64,000 nt of DNA from the NCBI GenBank assembly GCA_963763775.1, contig CAVXPZ010000003.1:1-64000 (forward strand), given 5' to 3'. Below the pieces are notes generated by a model that searched no databases, had not been told where the DNA came from, and saw only the letters and a program-made list of their open reading frames with translations. This document shows, in pieces, positions 38,774 through 52,083 of the stretch. Position numbers and translations under genes: made by a program. The number at the start of each line of letters is the position of its first letter. Within the stretch, counting starts at the first letter, position 1. This DNA comes from an uncultured Chloroflexia bacterium (GTDB taxonomy: Bacteria; Chloroflexota; Limnocylindria; Limnocylindrales; CSP1-4).

Positions 38774-39917
38774 ATGATGCGAGCACGGCGACTCATCGCG
38801 ATCGCCATCGTCGGCGTCATCGCGATCGGATGCGGCGACGCCGCGCCCGTCGTCGCCCCGACCCCGACCCCCTCGCCCGCCCCGAGCGTCGCGCCGGCCC
38901 CGCCGACGGCCCCGGCCTCGCCGTCGGGCGCGGGGCCAACCGCGTCGCCGAGCGGCATCGTGGCGCCGTCCAGTCCGAGCCCGTCGCACGCCGCCCGCGG
39001 ACTGGACGGCACTTCGCTGGTCGCAGCCCGTGACGATCTCGGCCACCGCCCTGCCGGCCGACATCCTCTTCTGGCAGGGCGCCTACGTCGCCGTCGGGTC
39101 GGACGGGGACAGGGCGGCCGCGTGGACCTCGCTGGACTTCGCGACGTGGACCCCTGCGACCCTGGACGGCCTCCCGCTCAAGGACGCCGCGATCGGCTGG
39201 CCGGTCGTGGCGCCGGGTGGCGGGCTGGTCTCCCTCGGCGGCCACGGGCGTCGCCACTGCGACGTCGGGGAGGGGGCGACCTGCGACCCGCAGCCGATCG
39301 CGATCTGGACGTCGACGGACGGGCGGTCCTGGCACGGCCGCGCGGCGCCCAAGGCCTTCGCAGGCGCGACGATCGCGGCGGTCGCCACCGGCCCCGGCGG
39401 CATCCTGGCCGTCGGCGACACCGGCTGGGACCACCCGGCCGCCTGGTTCTCGCCCGACGGGCGGTCCTGGAGCCGCGAGCGGCTGCCCGTCGCCCTGTTC
39501 CGGCACGCCGAGTTTCAAGGCCTTACCGCCTACCGGGGGAGGTGGGTCGTGACCGGGCTGACCGATCCCGAGCAGGTGATGTGCTGCACCGGCAGCTTCC
39601 ACGCTCGGCTCAAGGCAGCGGCCTGGTACTCGGCCGACGGGCGGTCCTGGAAGCGCGCGAGCGTCGAGTCGGCCAAGCAGGAGACGATGTTCTTCGCAGA
39701 CGCCGGCCCCGGCGGCCTCGTCTCGAGCGGAGTCGACACGGAACTGGGTGTCGGCGGACGGCCGCTCGTGGCGGACGAGCCCGCGAGACCCCGACATCGG
39801 CGCGGTGGCGACCAACGGCGAGCGAATGATCGGCGTATCGCAAGGTGACGACGACGAGCTCGAGCTGTGGGTGTCCACGGACGGCCGCTCCTGGCAGGCG
39901 CTGACCGACGCCGGCGA
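38774..39917 (+). pseudogene. Lipoprotein with WxSxDGxxW (Asp-box/BNR) repeats; frameshifted and 3'-truncated
   Basis: Lipobox AIGC; WTSLDF, WTSTDGRSW, WFSPDGRSW, WYSADGRSW, WVSTDGRSW. Confidence 0.7.
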
Positions 39918-40345
39918 GAGCTCGTCGTCGCGTTCCTCGCCGGCGTGGTCATAGGCGGCGCCCTCGACCGCTTCGTCCTGCCGCTCCTCGTCGACGCCTG
40001 GATCGACCGAACGCACGGGCATGGGCAGTGAGCGCCGGTGACGATGGGCCGGAGCACCGCACTCGGGCCGACGTCTACTCCTCGGCCCGGATCGGCGCCG
40101 CGGCGGCGCTCACGGTCGTCGTGGTCGTCCTCCTCGTCCTCGATGTCGAAGTTCCGGACTACGACGTCGCCCCTGGCGTCCTGCTGCCGGTACTGCGTGG
40201 CGTGCTCCCGCGCACGCCAACCGCTCGCCAGGTCGACGTGCTCGCCGCCCTGCGAGCGCGCTCGGGCCTCACGACGGAGCAGCTGATCTGCCGGGGGTCG
40301 GGCTGAGGGGTGGCTGGTGGTCGCGAGCCTCGAAGCCGCTGAAGC
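39918..40345 (+). pseudogene. Mosaic remnants: two coupled small TM ORF pieces and an internally deleted copy of the 4644-4892 HTH gene
   Basis: ELVVAFLAGVVIGGALDRFVLPLLVDAWIDR..*; ARIGAAAALTVVVVVLLVLD; RGVLPRTPTARQVDVLAA/LRARSGLTTEQLI...GWLVVASLE. Confidence 0.55.
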
Positions 40346-40446
40346 CGCCATGGCGGTACTTCCGTTGCCGGCCGCCCCTGGGACCACAGGATCCGGGCGC
40401 CGATCCGAGCATCGGCAAGCAGACAATTTGAGATTGGCGATGGCGC

Positions 40447-41094
40447 TCAGGCCGCTGCCCGACTGAACGTCACATGGACGACGCCGCTGGGTGAGGCGGT
40501 GGCCTCGATCCTGTAGTCGTCCTCAAGGCTCTCCAGCCCGTCCCACAGGCGCACGCCCCGGCCGAGCAGAAGCGGCACCACGACAACGTGCATGTGGTCG
40601 ACGAGCCCAGCCTCCAGGAATTCCCGGATCGTGCTGGGGCCGCCGCCGATGCGGACGTCGAGACCGTTGGCGGCCGCGCGGGCCCTCTCGAGTGCCTCGG
40701 CGGGCGTCGCGTCGACGAAGTGGAAGGTGGTGCCGCCCTCCATCTCGAGCGACGGACGGGTGTGGTGGGTCAGGACGAAGACCGGGGTGTGGAACGGCGG
40801 GTTCGGCCCCCACCAGCCCTTCCACTCAGGATCCTCGTGCCAGCCGGGGTAGCCGTATTTCCCGGCCCCCATGATCTCCGCGCCGACCCCGGGACCGTGC
40901 AGTCGCAGGAACGCGTCGTCGATGCCGCGGCTGCCGCCCGCCTCGCCGACCATCTCGTGCCACCAGCGCGTGGCGAACATCCACTCGTGCAGGCGGTCGC
41001 CGGCGTGGCCGAACGGTTCTTCGCGGGTCAGGCCGTCTCCCGTACCGAACCCGTCAAGCGAGACGGAGAAGAACTGGACGCGTGCGAGTGACAC
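40447..41094 (-). CDS. Dihydrofolate reductase-like (RibD C-terminal) protein
   Basis: SVSLDGFG, AEIMG, WWGPNPPFHTPVFVLTH, DVRIGGG, PLLLGRGVRLW. Confidence 0.9.
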   Translation of the reverse strand: MSLARVQFFSVSLDGFGTGDGLTREEPFGHAGDRLHEWMFATRWWHEMVGEAGGSRGIDDAFLRLHGPGVGAEIMGAGKYGYPGWHEDPEWKGWWGPNPPFHTPVFVLTHHTRPSLEMEGGTTFHFVDATPAEALERARAAANGLDVRIGGGPSTIREFLEAGLVDHMHVVVVPLLLGRGVRLWDGLESLEDDYRIEATASPSGVVHVTFSRAAA

Positions 41095-41121
41095 TGCTCG
41101 TGCTCCTCTCGTTCTGGCCGG

Positions 41122-41724
41122 TCAGCCCTGTCCGGCGGGTGGGCCGGACAGGACCGTCGGCCCGTATTCCAGCAGCTGGATGCGGCCGTCGAAGGTCCGA
41201 CTGGCAACCATTTCGAGGGCGACGTCCGGGTAGCCGTCGTAGATCCGGTCGGTCCCCGTTCGCCCGGTGATCACGGGGAACACGACGACCCGGAAGCGGT
41301 CGACCAAACCGGCCTCGAGCAGCGACCGGCACAGAGTGAGGCTGCCGATTGTGTGGAGCGGCATCGAGTCATCCCGCTTCATGGCGCGCACGCTCTCGAC
41401 CGGGTCACTGCGAATCAGCCGGGTATTGGGCATGGCGAGGGGTTGCTGCAGGGTCGACGAGAACACAACCTTGGGGGCGGTCGTGAACTCCCCGATGCTG
41501 GCAGCCTCGTCGCTCTCGGGGTCGATCCCGAATGCCTCCGGCCGCTCCGCGAACCCCGACATCTGTCGGTAGGTCGTTGCCCCCATCAGGATCGTGTAGT
41601 CCCGCGGCTCCTCGGCGAGCCAGGCGAGGTACTCGGGACCCTGGAGGCCCCACCATCCGGGCCAGCCCTCCGCCGCGCCGAACCCGTCCAGCGACGTGAT
41701 GAAGTCCACGATCAGTTGCGGCAT
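41122..41724 (-). CDS. Dihydrofolate reductase-like (RibD C-terminal) protein
   Basis: DFITSLDG, LMGATTY, KVVFSSTL, GSLTLCRSLL.AGLVDRFRVVVFPVITG. Confidence 0.9.
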   Translation of the reverse strand: MPQLIVDFITSLDGFGAAEGWPGWWGLQGPEYLAWLAEEPRDYTILMGATTYRQMSGFAERPEAFGIDPESDEAASIGEFTTAPKVVFSSTLQQPLAMPNTRLIRSDPVESVRAMKRDDSMPLHTIGSLTLCRSLLEAGLVDRFRVVVFPVITGRTGTDRIYDGYPDVALEMVASRTFDGRIQLLEYGPTVLSGPPAGQG

Positions 41725-41811
41725 CCGTGTTGCTCCTCCCGCTTGTGTAACTCGGACGAAGGGTGCGTCGACCGACCGGGGCGGAGTAGACCCTGGGACG
41801 ACCCGCCTGCC

Positions 41812-42006
<195 letters not shown>

Positions 42007-42143
42007 ACCGAGGGTGCCCCGTCGTACAGGGCCTGCGGATGATAGCAAAGGCGCCCTGAACCCGGGCTGGCCCCCGTCGGCCGTGGCAGGACCAACGGCT
42101 GGCCGGCGGCGGGACCTCCGCGACCCTTACCGCGCTCGCGCGC

Positions 42144-44639
42144 GTGCCTAACGTGCGCCACAGCGGCGCCGGGGGGATTCCAGGCGCCGCGTTTCGCTTT
42201 CCCATCGGAGCCTGCCGCTTGCACCGTGACCGACCAGACACCGACCGCCGCCTGAAGGCGCGGCTGCGTGCGTGGCTCGGCCTCCGACCGGGGACGCGGG
42301 TCGCGCTGATCGTCGTCACCTTCGGCCTGGTCCTCGGGGCCGCCGCGCTCACCGCCGAGACCGCCGCGGACCACGTCCAGGCGACCGCGACCGACGAGGC
42401 GGCCCGGAGCGCGGAGTCGGTCGTCCGGGCCTTCGTCGACCCGATGCTCTCCGCCGGCGCCCTCGACGACCCGTCCTCGGGGATGGGCCAGGTGGTCGAC
42501 GCGCAGCTCGAGAAGCTCGTGCGGACCGGGGACCTGCTCCGGGTCAAGATCTGGCGCGAGGACGGGACCGTGCTCTTCTCCGACCTGCCCGAACTCCGCG
42601 GCCAGCGGTTCGACGTCGATGACGACCTGTCCGAGGCATTCGAAGGCAACGTCGAGAGCGACCTCACGGACGGGTCCGCCGCCGAGAACACGTTCGAGCG
42701 CGGCCTCGCCGACCGATTGCTCGAGATCTACCTGCCGGTGCGGGACGACTCGGGCAAGGTCGTCGCCGCGTACGAGATCTACCAGGACGCCGCCGGCATC
42801 GAGGCGAACATCGCCGCGACACGCCGCGACACGTTCCTCATCGCGGCGGCGGTCGCGGCGATCCTGGCCTGCCTGCTCTTCGCCGCGTTCGACGGCACGT
42901 CACGACGGCTCGGTCGGCAGAACCGCCGACTCCGCGAGCTCGCGGACACGCTTCGTGACAGCGAGGCCCGATTCCGCTCGTTGGTCCAGAACGCGTCGGA
43001 CATCTTCCTCGTCCTCGACCGAGACGGGACGATCCGCTACGAGAGCGTCGCGGTGGAGCGGATCCTCGGCTATCACCCGGCGGATCGCGTCGGGATGCGC
43101 ATCGCCGACGGCGCGCACCCGGACGACCGCGACGCCCTCGCCCGGCACCTGGCGACCCTCGACGACCGGCCCGGTGCCGACGTCGTCGGCGAGACGCGCT
43201 TCGCCCATCGCGACGGCCGCTGGCTCGTGTTCGACTGGACCGCGCGGAACCTGCTCGACGATCCCGCGATCGGCGGTTTCGTCGTCAACGCGCACGACGT
43301 GACCGAGCGGACCGAGCTCGAGGCGCAGCTTCGGCACCAGGCCTTCCACGATCCGCTGACGGGGCTCGCCAATCGCGCGCTCTTCGCCGACCGCGTCGAG
43401 CATGCGCTGGCCCGCCGCCGCCGGAACCGGGCGATGCCGGCCGTGCTGTTCCTCGACCTCGACGACTTCAAGACCGTCAACGACACGCTCGGGCACGGCA
43501 CGGGCGACCGGCTGCTCGTCGAGGTCTCGCGCCGCCTGACCGAGTGCATCCGTCCCGGCGACACCGCCTGCCGGCTGTCGGGCGACGAGTTCGCGATCCT
43601 CCTCGAGGAGGTCGGGGACGTCGACGCGGTGGTCGAGGTCGCCGAGCGCGTGCTGACGCGCATCGCGGAGCCCATGGACGTCGGCCGCGACCTCACGGTC
43701 ACGGCGAGCATCGGGATCGCGATGGTGGACGGCAGCGCCCATGACGCCGATGACGTGCTGGCTCGCGCCGACGTCGCGATGTACGCGGCGAAGACCGCCG
43801 GCAAGGCCCAGCAGCGCCTGTACGAGCCGGCGATGCGGGATCGGGCGTGGACGCGACTCCAGCTCGAGAGCGAGCTGCGCCGGGCGATCGAGCGGGACGA
43901 GATCACCGTGGTCTACCAGCCGATCCTCGACCTGCAGACTCGCGAGCCGGTCGAGATGGAGGCCCTGGTCCGGTGGGACCACCCCGAGCGCGGCCGTCTC
44001 GCGCCCGCGGACTTCCTCGCCGTCGCCGAGGAGAGCGGACTGATCGTTCCCATCGGACGGATCGTCCTCGAGCGGGCGTGCCGCCAGGCGGCGGCGTGGC
44101 GGCGGACCTGGCCGACATCGCGCGGCATCGACGTCAGCGTGAACCTCTCGTCGCGCCAGTTCCGCGACCCCGGCCTGCTCGACGCCATCCGCGCCGCGCT
44201 GGACGCCGTCGCCCTGCCGTCGTCGAACCTCAAGCTCGAGATCACCGAGTCGGCGATGCTCGACGCCGACGCGTCCGACCTCCTGATGCGCCGGATCCGC
44301 GACCTGGGCGTGCGACTGGCGGTCGACGACTTCGGGACCGGGTTCTCCGGCCTCAGCTACTTCCAGCGGTTCCCGCTCGACACGCTCAAGATCGACCGAT
44401 CCTTCGTGGCCGGGCTGGGCCGCGACCCACGCAGCGGGGCCATCGTCCACGCGACGATCGCGTTCGCGAAGGCGCTGGGCCTCACGGTCACGGCCGAGGG
44501 CATCGAGACCGAGGACCAGTACGAGCACCTGCGGGCGCTTGGTGCCGACCTCGGCCAGGGCTACCTGTTCGCGAAACCGCTCGATGCGATCGCCGCGGAT
44601 GCCTATCTCATGAACGCGAGGGATGCGTCGGCCGCCTGA
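42144..44639 (+). CDS. Membrane sensor PAS-GGDEF-EAL protein (start uncertain)
   Basis: Two TMs, [52 protein letters not shown]. Confidence 0.92.
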   Translation: MPNVRHSGAGGIPGAAFRFPIGACRLHRDRPDTDRRLKARLRAWLGLRPGTRVALIVVTFGLVLGAAALTAETAADHVQATATDEAARSAESVVRAFVDPMLSAGALDDPSSGMGQVVDAQLEKLVRTGDLLRVKIWREDGTVLFSDLPELRGQRFDVDDDLSEAFEGNVESDLTDGSAAENTFERGLADRLLEIYLPVRDDSGKVVAAYEIYQDAAGIEANIAATRRDTFLIAAAVAAILACLLFAAFDGTSRRLGRQNRRLRELADTLRDSEARFRSLVQNASDIFLVLDRDGTIRYESVAVERILGYHPADRVGMRIADGAHPDDRDALARHLATLDDRPGADVVGETRFAHRDGRWLVFDWTARNLLDDPAIGGFVVNAHDVTERTELEAQLRHQAFHDPLTGLANRALFADRVEHALARRRRNRAMPAVLFLDLDDFKTVNDTLGHGTGDRLLVEVSRRLTECIRPGDTACRLSGDEFAILLEEVGDVDAVVEVAERVLTRIAEPMDVGRDLTVTASIGIAMVDGSAHDADDVLARADVAMYAAKTAGKAQQRLYEPAMRDRAWTRLQLESELRRAIERDEITVVYQPILDLQTREPVEMEALVRWDHPERGRLAPADFLAVAEESGLIVPIGRIVLERACRQAAAWRRTWPTSRGIDVSVNLSSRQFRDPGLLDAIRAALDAVALPSSNLKLEITESAMLDADASDLLMRRIRDLGVRLAVDDFGTGFSGLSYFQRFPLDTLKIDRSFVAGLGRDPRSGAIVHATIAFAKALGLTVTAEGIETEDQYEHLRALGADLGQGYLFAKPLDAIAADAYLMNARDASAA

Positions 44640-44725
44640 AACCGGGGAGCCCGCCGAGGACGTATCGTCGGCTGGGACGAGACGCACGCTCGATGGGCGT
44701 CGCGCCGGCAGGAGGACGACACGAC

Positions 44726-45364
44726 ATGCGGACCTTGACCACCCGAACCGATATCCGATGGGCGGCCCTGACCGGCCTGGCCGGACTCGCGATCCTCGTC
44801 GCGGCCTGTTCGACCGGTGGCACCGGCGCCGGGCTCTACGGCGGGAGCGCGTCGACGGCCGCCAGTCCGGCCGCGGTGGCATCCGTCGCGCCGGCTTCGG
44901 CCGCGGCTGCTGCGCCGTCGGCGGCCGCGTCCGCCTCGGGTGGCGGCCGGTACGGTGGGGGTAGCGACGACTACGGATCGCCGGCCTCGGGCGCGCCAGC
45001 GGCGTCGGGCGCGGCGGGCGGCGGCGCCGGCGCACTCAAGCTCGCGGTCGCCAGTGGGGCGGTCGGCTCGTTCCTGACCGGCGATGGCGGCCGGACGCTG
45101 TACATCTTCAAGAAGGACTCGCCCGGCAAGAGCGCCTGCGGTCCGGACTGCGCCACGAACTGGCCGCCGCTCACCGTCAAGGACGCGGCCGCAGTCTCGG
45201 CCGGCGACGGCGTCACGGGCAAGCTGAGCACGTTCACCCGCGACGACGGGTCGCTCCAGGTCGCGTACGACGGGGCTCCGCTGTACTACTTCGCGGCCGA
45301 CACCGCCGCGGGCGACACGAACGGCCAGGGCATCGGCGGCAACTGGTTCGTCGCGGCCCCGTAG
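44726..45364 (+). CDS. Secreted-repeat lipoprotein (COG4315 / Lipoprotein_15)
   Basis: LVAAC lipobox; GRTLYIF.KD, C..DCA.NWPP, PLYYFAAD..GDTNGQG.GG.W; GGAGG RBS. Confidence 0.88.
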   Translation: MRTLTTRTDIRWAALTGLAGLAILVAACSTGGTGAGLYGGSASTAASPAAVASVAPASAAAAAPSAAASASGGGRYGGGSDDYGSPASGAPAASGAAGGGAGALKLAVASGAVGSFLTGDGGRTLYIFKKDSPGKSACGPDCATNWPPLTVKDAAAVSAGDGVTGKLSTFTRDDGSLQVAYDGAPLYYFAADTAAGDTNGQGIGGNWFVAAP

Positions 45365-45371
45365 CGGGTCG

Positions 45372-46658
45372 CTATCCCTCCGACTCGGCCCCCATCGCGC
45401 CGCCCTCGGTGTGGATCGGCAGCGTCCCGAGCGCGGCGAGCACGAACGTGACGGCCATCAGCGCGAAGACGATCGGCACGCCGGCCGCGGCGCCGGCGCG
45501 GTCGATGATCACGCCGTACACCGCGACCCACAGCGCCCCCACGCCGAACGCCATCGTGAAGTAGAGCGCATACGAGGCATCGCGGATCGACGGCGGTGAG
45601 ATGTCCGCGAGCAGGGCCTGGAGCTGCGGGCTCTCGGCGAAGCTGAACAGGCCCATCAGGAGGATCCCCGCCCACAGCCAGACGATCGAGTCACCGGCGA
45701 GCAGGAAGACGATGAACCCGATCGCGCCACCGAGGTAGACGCCGACGATGAGCGGCTTCCGGCCGATCCGGTCCGACAGCCAACCGGCCACGATCGGCAT
45801 CGGCACCGAGAACACGACCAGCGCGCCGTACATCAGCCCGGCCGTCGCCGGGTCGAGCCCGATCACCTGGGTGAGGTAGATGAGGACGAACAGGTTCACG
45901 ACGCCGAGACCACGACCGCCGCCGCCGAGGACCGAGGTCAGGTAGAGCCAGCGGAGGTCGTGGTTCGCCAGGATCCGCCGGAACGCGGATCGGACGCTCC
46001 CTCCGGCCACCGCAGCGGCCCGGTCGGTGCCGTGCTCGCGGATGAGAACGAGGATCAGCAGCGCGATCAGGACGCCGGGGATGCCGATCGCCACGGAGGC
46101 GCCGCGCCAGCCGACCGCCGCGATGAGCGGCACGCCGATGATCGCGATGATGACCGTCCCGACATTCCCGCCGGCGATGTGCGCGCTGATCGCGAAGCCA
46201 CGCCGCTCCGGCGGGAATTGCTCCGAGAGCAGGCCGTTGCCCACCGGGTGCTGCGGCGATCCGCCGATGCGCGAGGCGATGTTCGGGACGGCGAAGGTCA
46301 GGAAGCTCGTGGCGAGCGCCTGGAGCGCGAACCCGCCGCCGAAGATGATGCCCCCGACCCCGAGGAGCCGGCGTCGGGAGACCACCCGCGTCAACCCGGC
46401 ATAGCTGAGTTGCACCATCCCCGCCGCGAACGACCCGATCGCGGCGAGGAACGCGATCGACTGCACGCTGACCCCGTACTCGTCGATGATCGCGAGGAAG
46501 ATCAGCGGCATCATGACGGCCTGGGCGTGGTTCACCGCGTGTGCCACCGACAGCAGGCCGAGCGATCGCATCGGCCGGACATCGACGACCGGGGCGACGT
46601 CCGCGGCGGCAGCGGGCCCCGGGGCGGGCGACGCGGGCGAGGCGGGGGTCACGGCCAT
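45372..46658 (-). CDS. MFS transporter
   Basis: About 12 TMs; HAVNH, HPVG, RRGFAISAH..GGNVG, GWLSDRIGRK. Confidence 0.88.
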   Translation of the reverse strand: MAVTPASPASPAPGPAAAADVAPVVDVRPMRSLGLLSVAHAVNHAQAVMMPLIFLAIIDEYGVSVQSIAFLAAIGSFAAGMVQLSYAGLTRVVSRRRLLGVGGIIFGGGFALQALATSFLTFAVPNIASRIGGSPQHPVGNGLLSEQFPPERRGFAISAHIAGGNVGTVIIAIIGVPLIAAVGWRGASVAIGIPGVLIALLILVLIREHGTDRAAAVAGGSVRSAFRRILANHDLRWLYLTSVLGGGGRGLGVVNLFVLIYLTQVIGLDPATAGLMYGALVVFSVPMPIVAGWLSDRIGRKPLIVGVYLGGAIGFIVFLLAGDSIVWLWAGILLMGLFSFAESPQLQALLADISPPSIRDASYALYFTMAFGVGALWVAVYGVIIDRAGAAAGVPIVFALMAVTFVLAALGTLPIHTEGGAMGAESEG

Positions 46659-46750
46659 GGCGCGTATCGTGCCGCATCGTTGGCCTATCCGGTTGGGCCA
46701 ATACGCAGGCCACGAGAGCCGGAGAGGACCCGGCCGCGCCGGTCGCGCCG

Positions 46751-47287
46751 CTACGCCCGCTCGAGGACCTCGCGGAGCGTGGCGCGGCTTCGCGAGATCC
46801 AGCTCGCGACGGTCCCGGCCGGGACATCGAGGATGGTCGCGATCTCGGCTTGCGTGTACCCATCCACGGTGTTCAGCAGGAGCGCCGTCCGCGGCCGCAC
46901 GTCGAGCGACGCCAGTGCAACCCAGAGGTCCGGATCGATCGCATCGTCCCAGGCCGGCGGCACCAGTCGATGGATCGCCCCGAGCAGCCGCCGCCGGCCG
47001 CGAAGGTGGTTGAACGCCATCCGGAGTCCGATCGTGTAGAGCCACGCCCGGACGTCGGTCCCGTCGAACCGGCCCCACGCGCGGAACGCCGCGAGATACG
47101 CGTCCTGGGCGACGTCCTCGGCATCGTGCGCGTTGCCCAGGACGACGACGAGCCGGCGGACCAGGTTCGCGTAGTGCGGCGCGACGGCGGTCTCGAAGGC
47201 GGCCGCATCGCCCGTGTCGGCCCGCCCCTGCGGGCGGGCCTCGGCCTTGGCGGTCATCGACGCGGCTGGGCGATCGATGGCGGCCAT
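46751..47287 (-). CDS. ECF RNA polymerase sigma factor
   Basis: DAEDVAQDAYLAA, RAWLYTIG, GYTQAEIA.IL.VP.GTVASWISR. Confidence 0.9.
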   Translation of the reverse strand: MAAIDRPAASMTAKAEARPQGRADTGDAAAFETAVAPHYANLVRRLVVVLGNAHDAEDVAQDAYLAAFRAWGRFDGTDVRAWLYTIGLRMAFNHLRGRRRLLGAIHRLVPPAWDDAIDPDLWVALASLDVRPRTALLLNTVDGYTQAEIATILDVPAGTVASWISRSRATLREVLERA

Positions 47288-47805
47288 CACGGCATCGGGT
47301 CGCCGAAGCAAGCGCCGCTGCCCTCAGCGCCGGCGCGCTGGTCGATGACCATGTAGAGGCGGCCGTCGCCCAGGACCGAGCCCGGGACGACATAACCATG
47401 CTCCGGTGGCACCGACAGCTGGGTCGTCGTCGACGCGCCCTTGGCCTGGCTGCCGGCCTCCACCTGCCACACGACGTCGGTGTAGCCGTGCGCCGTCAGG
47501 AACGCGGCCGCCTGACGCGGGGTCATGCATTCCATCCCGGCACCGGCGAGCGGTTGACCCGGATTCTCGATGCCGGGCGTGCCCCGGGCCAGCTGTCCGG
47601 CCACCACGGCGATCCCGGCGGTCGCGGTCGCGGCCGCGAGCAGGAGGATGGCCGGCGCCATCGTCAGCGACAGGGCGAAGCGTCCCCGTCGCCGGCGGTC
47701 ACGGAGGGCCGGCGGCGGATCGCCGGCGGGGATGCGCGACGCCATCGCGACGAGGCGTCGATCGAGCAGCTGGTCGAGGTCGATCTCGAGGTCGAGGTCC
47801 GGCAT
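47287..47805 (-). CDS. Putative anti-sigma-like single-TM protein located upstream of its sigma
   Basis: N-terminal LDQLLDRRL helix, TM, Cys pair; TGATG overlap with the sigma gene. Confidence 0.6.
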   Translation of the reverse strand: MPDLDLEIDLDQLLDRRLVAMASRIPAGDPPPALRDRRRRGRFALSLTMAPAILLLAAATATAGIAVVAGQLARGTPGIENPGQPLAGAGMECMTPRQAAAFLTAHGYTDVVWQVEAGSQAKGASTTTQLSVPPEHGYVVPGSVLGDGRLYMVIDQRAGAEGSGACFGDPMP

Positions 47806-47925
47806 GTCGGCGCTCCGGTGGACCGGGGGCTCGGAGCCGTCTGTCGCCCGAGCTCCCCGTCGACCTCTACAACACCGCGGAGGCGCCGATCCTTGCAGCG
47901 GCGGCGCGAAGCCGCGGCGCGCGCG

Positions 47926-48213
47926 TCAGTGGTGCTTCTTCTTGTTGGGGACCTCGTACAGGTCCGACCGCGGATCCTTGTGCGTCGCATGCGACACGGC
48001 GGCCGCGGACCCGGCCGGCGCTTCCTTGTGGCCCTTGGGCAGGATGTACAGGATCATCAGCGCGATCGGGCCGAAGATGACGCAGAGGATCGTCCACGTG
48101 ACGCGGTTGCGACCGAACTTGGGGGCCACCTGCCAGGCGTAGTACGCGCAGAGGACCCAGACGAAGGCCCCCAGGATGAGGAACCCGGTACCGATGAGCG
48201 TGGGTGTATCCAT
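47926..48213 (-). CDS. Small two-TM hypothetical protein
   Basis: A.KFGRN..TWTIL..IFGPIAL.ILYILP pattern. Confidence 0.7.
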   Translation of the reverse strand: MDTPTLIGTGFLILGAFVWVLCAYYAWQVAPKFGRNRVTWTILCVIFGPIALMILYILPKGHKEAPAGSAAAVSHATHKDPRSDLYEVPNKKKHH

Positions 48214-48231
48214 GAGTCGGACGGACCTCTG

Positions 48232-49589
48232 CTAGAACTGGTCGAGATAGCGGGCGACTTCCCAGTCCGAGACCTGTGTGCGGTACTCGTCCCACTCGGC
48301 TCGTTTGGCTTCGACATAGTGCCCGAAAACGTGGTCGCCGAGGGCGTCGCGGATGACTTCGTCGGCCTCGAGTTCGTCGAGCGCCTCGCCGAGCGTGCCC
48401 GGGAGCTCCCGGATGCCCTTCGCCGCGATCGTCGCGGCGTCCATCTCGAAGAGCGAGGCCTCGACCGGCTCGGCGAGGGTCAGGCCCTTCTCCACGCCAT
48501 CGAGGCCGGCCGCGATCATGGCGGCGAAGGCGAGGTACGTGTTCGACGACGGGTCGGGGCAGCGGACCTCGGCGCGCGTCCCCTCGATGGACTTGCCCGG
48601 CGACGACCATCGGGACGCGGATCAAGCGCCGAGCGGTTCGTCCGCCCCCACGTCAGGTACGTGGGCGCCTCGAAGCCCGGCACGAGCCGCTTGTACGAGT
48701 TCACGAGCGGCGCCAGGACCGCGATCATCCCCCGCGCGTGGGCGAGGATGCCCGCCATGTACGAGCGAGCGACGTCCGAGAGCCCGTAGGCGTTCGCGGG
48801 ATCGGCGAACGCGTTCCGCTGGTCGGCGATCGACCAGAGGCTCTGGTGCGTGTGCATCCCCGAGCCGTTGATGCCGTGGATCGGTTTCGGCATGAACGTG
48901 GCGTACAGCCCGTGCTGCTGGGCGATCGCCTTGAGGGCGAACTTGAACGTGACCGCGTTGTCCGCGGTCCGGAGCGCATCGGAGTACTCGAAGTCGATCT
49001 CGTGCTGGCCCTCGGCCACCTCGTGGTGGGCGGCCTCCACCTTGATCCCGAACGCCTCGAGCGCGTCCACCATGTCCTGGCGGATCTCCTGGGCGAGGTC
49101 GGTCGAGTAGTCGAAGTACCCGGCCTGGTCGTGCGGCAACGGCTCGATGTGTCCGTCCTCGTCGCGACGGAACAGGAAGAACTCGAGCTCCGGGCCGGTA
49201 TTCACGACGTACCCGAGGTTCTTGGCGCGCTCGACCTGGCGGCGCAGCACGAAGCGCGGGTCGCCCGCGAACGGCTCGCCGCGAGGCGTGAACACGTCGC
49301 AGATGACGCGGGCCGTACCGCGGGGGCCGGATCCGGGCTGCCACGGGATCTCGCAGAACGTGCTCATGTCGGGCATCAGGTACTGGTCGCTCTCGGCGAT
49401 CCGGGTGAAGCCCTCGATCGACGACCCGTCGAACCACGTCCCGTGCTTGACCGACCCCTCGAGCTGGTGGATCGGGATCGTGACGGCCTTGACGTGGCCG
49501 ATGATGTCGGTGAACTGGAGCTGGATGAACCGGATCCCGCTCGCCTGCGCGGCCTCGATCCGGGCGGAGCTCTCGGTGCTGCTGGACAC
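48232..49589 (-). CDS. glnA: Glutamine synthetase type I, two +1 indels near 48600-48625
   Basis: IQLQFTDIIG, FDGSSIEGF, GPELEFFLF, HHEVAEGQHEI, TFMPKP..GINGSGMHTH, NSYKRLVPGFEAP, EVRCPDP. Confidence 0.93.
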
Positions 49590-49711
49590 GCTCGCGGGAC
49601 CTCCTGGCACGAGGGTTCGGGGACGGGCGTCGCGCCAAAGGATACGCCCGGCCGAGGGAACCGCGGCCGGGCGTCTGGGTCTCGTCGGGGGGCCGAACGG
49701 GTCGGCCGCGC

Positions 49712-51856
<2,145 letters not shown>

Positions 51857-52083
51857 GGGTCATCTGCTCCGTGCCGGGCGCCTGGAGGACGGAGCGTCAC
51901 GCTCGCGGCTTGTCCGACTCGATGGTGCAACCCGCACGCGGACTCGCGCCGTCCGGATGTCGCCTCACAGTACCAGCGGGTCGGGTTGCGATTCAGTACC
52001 GAGGTCGCGTCGCAACCTTGTGCATCGCGCACCTTTTCCGGGGCTGAGCACGACGGCCGTCGGACGCGGCCCGGGTCGTCCCG

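Noticed and set aside
42900-45035. Long antisense/overlapping ORFs (also 6921-8708, 35948-38053, 49868-52153, 52135-53934, 57240-59918)
   Set aside because: These are shadow ORFs typical of high-GC DNA, opposite or out of frame with well-supported genes and without motifs of their own.
51857-51960. glnA (glutamine) riboswitch in the glnN leader
   Set aside because: The conserved riboswitch consensus could not be recognised by eye; an Rfam scan would be needed.
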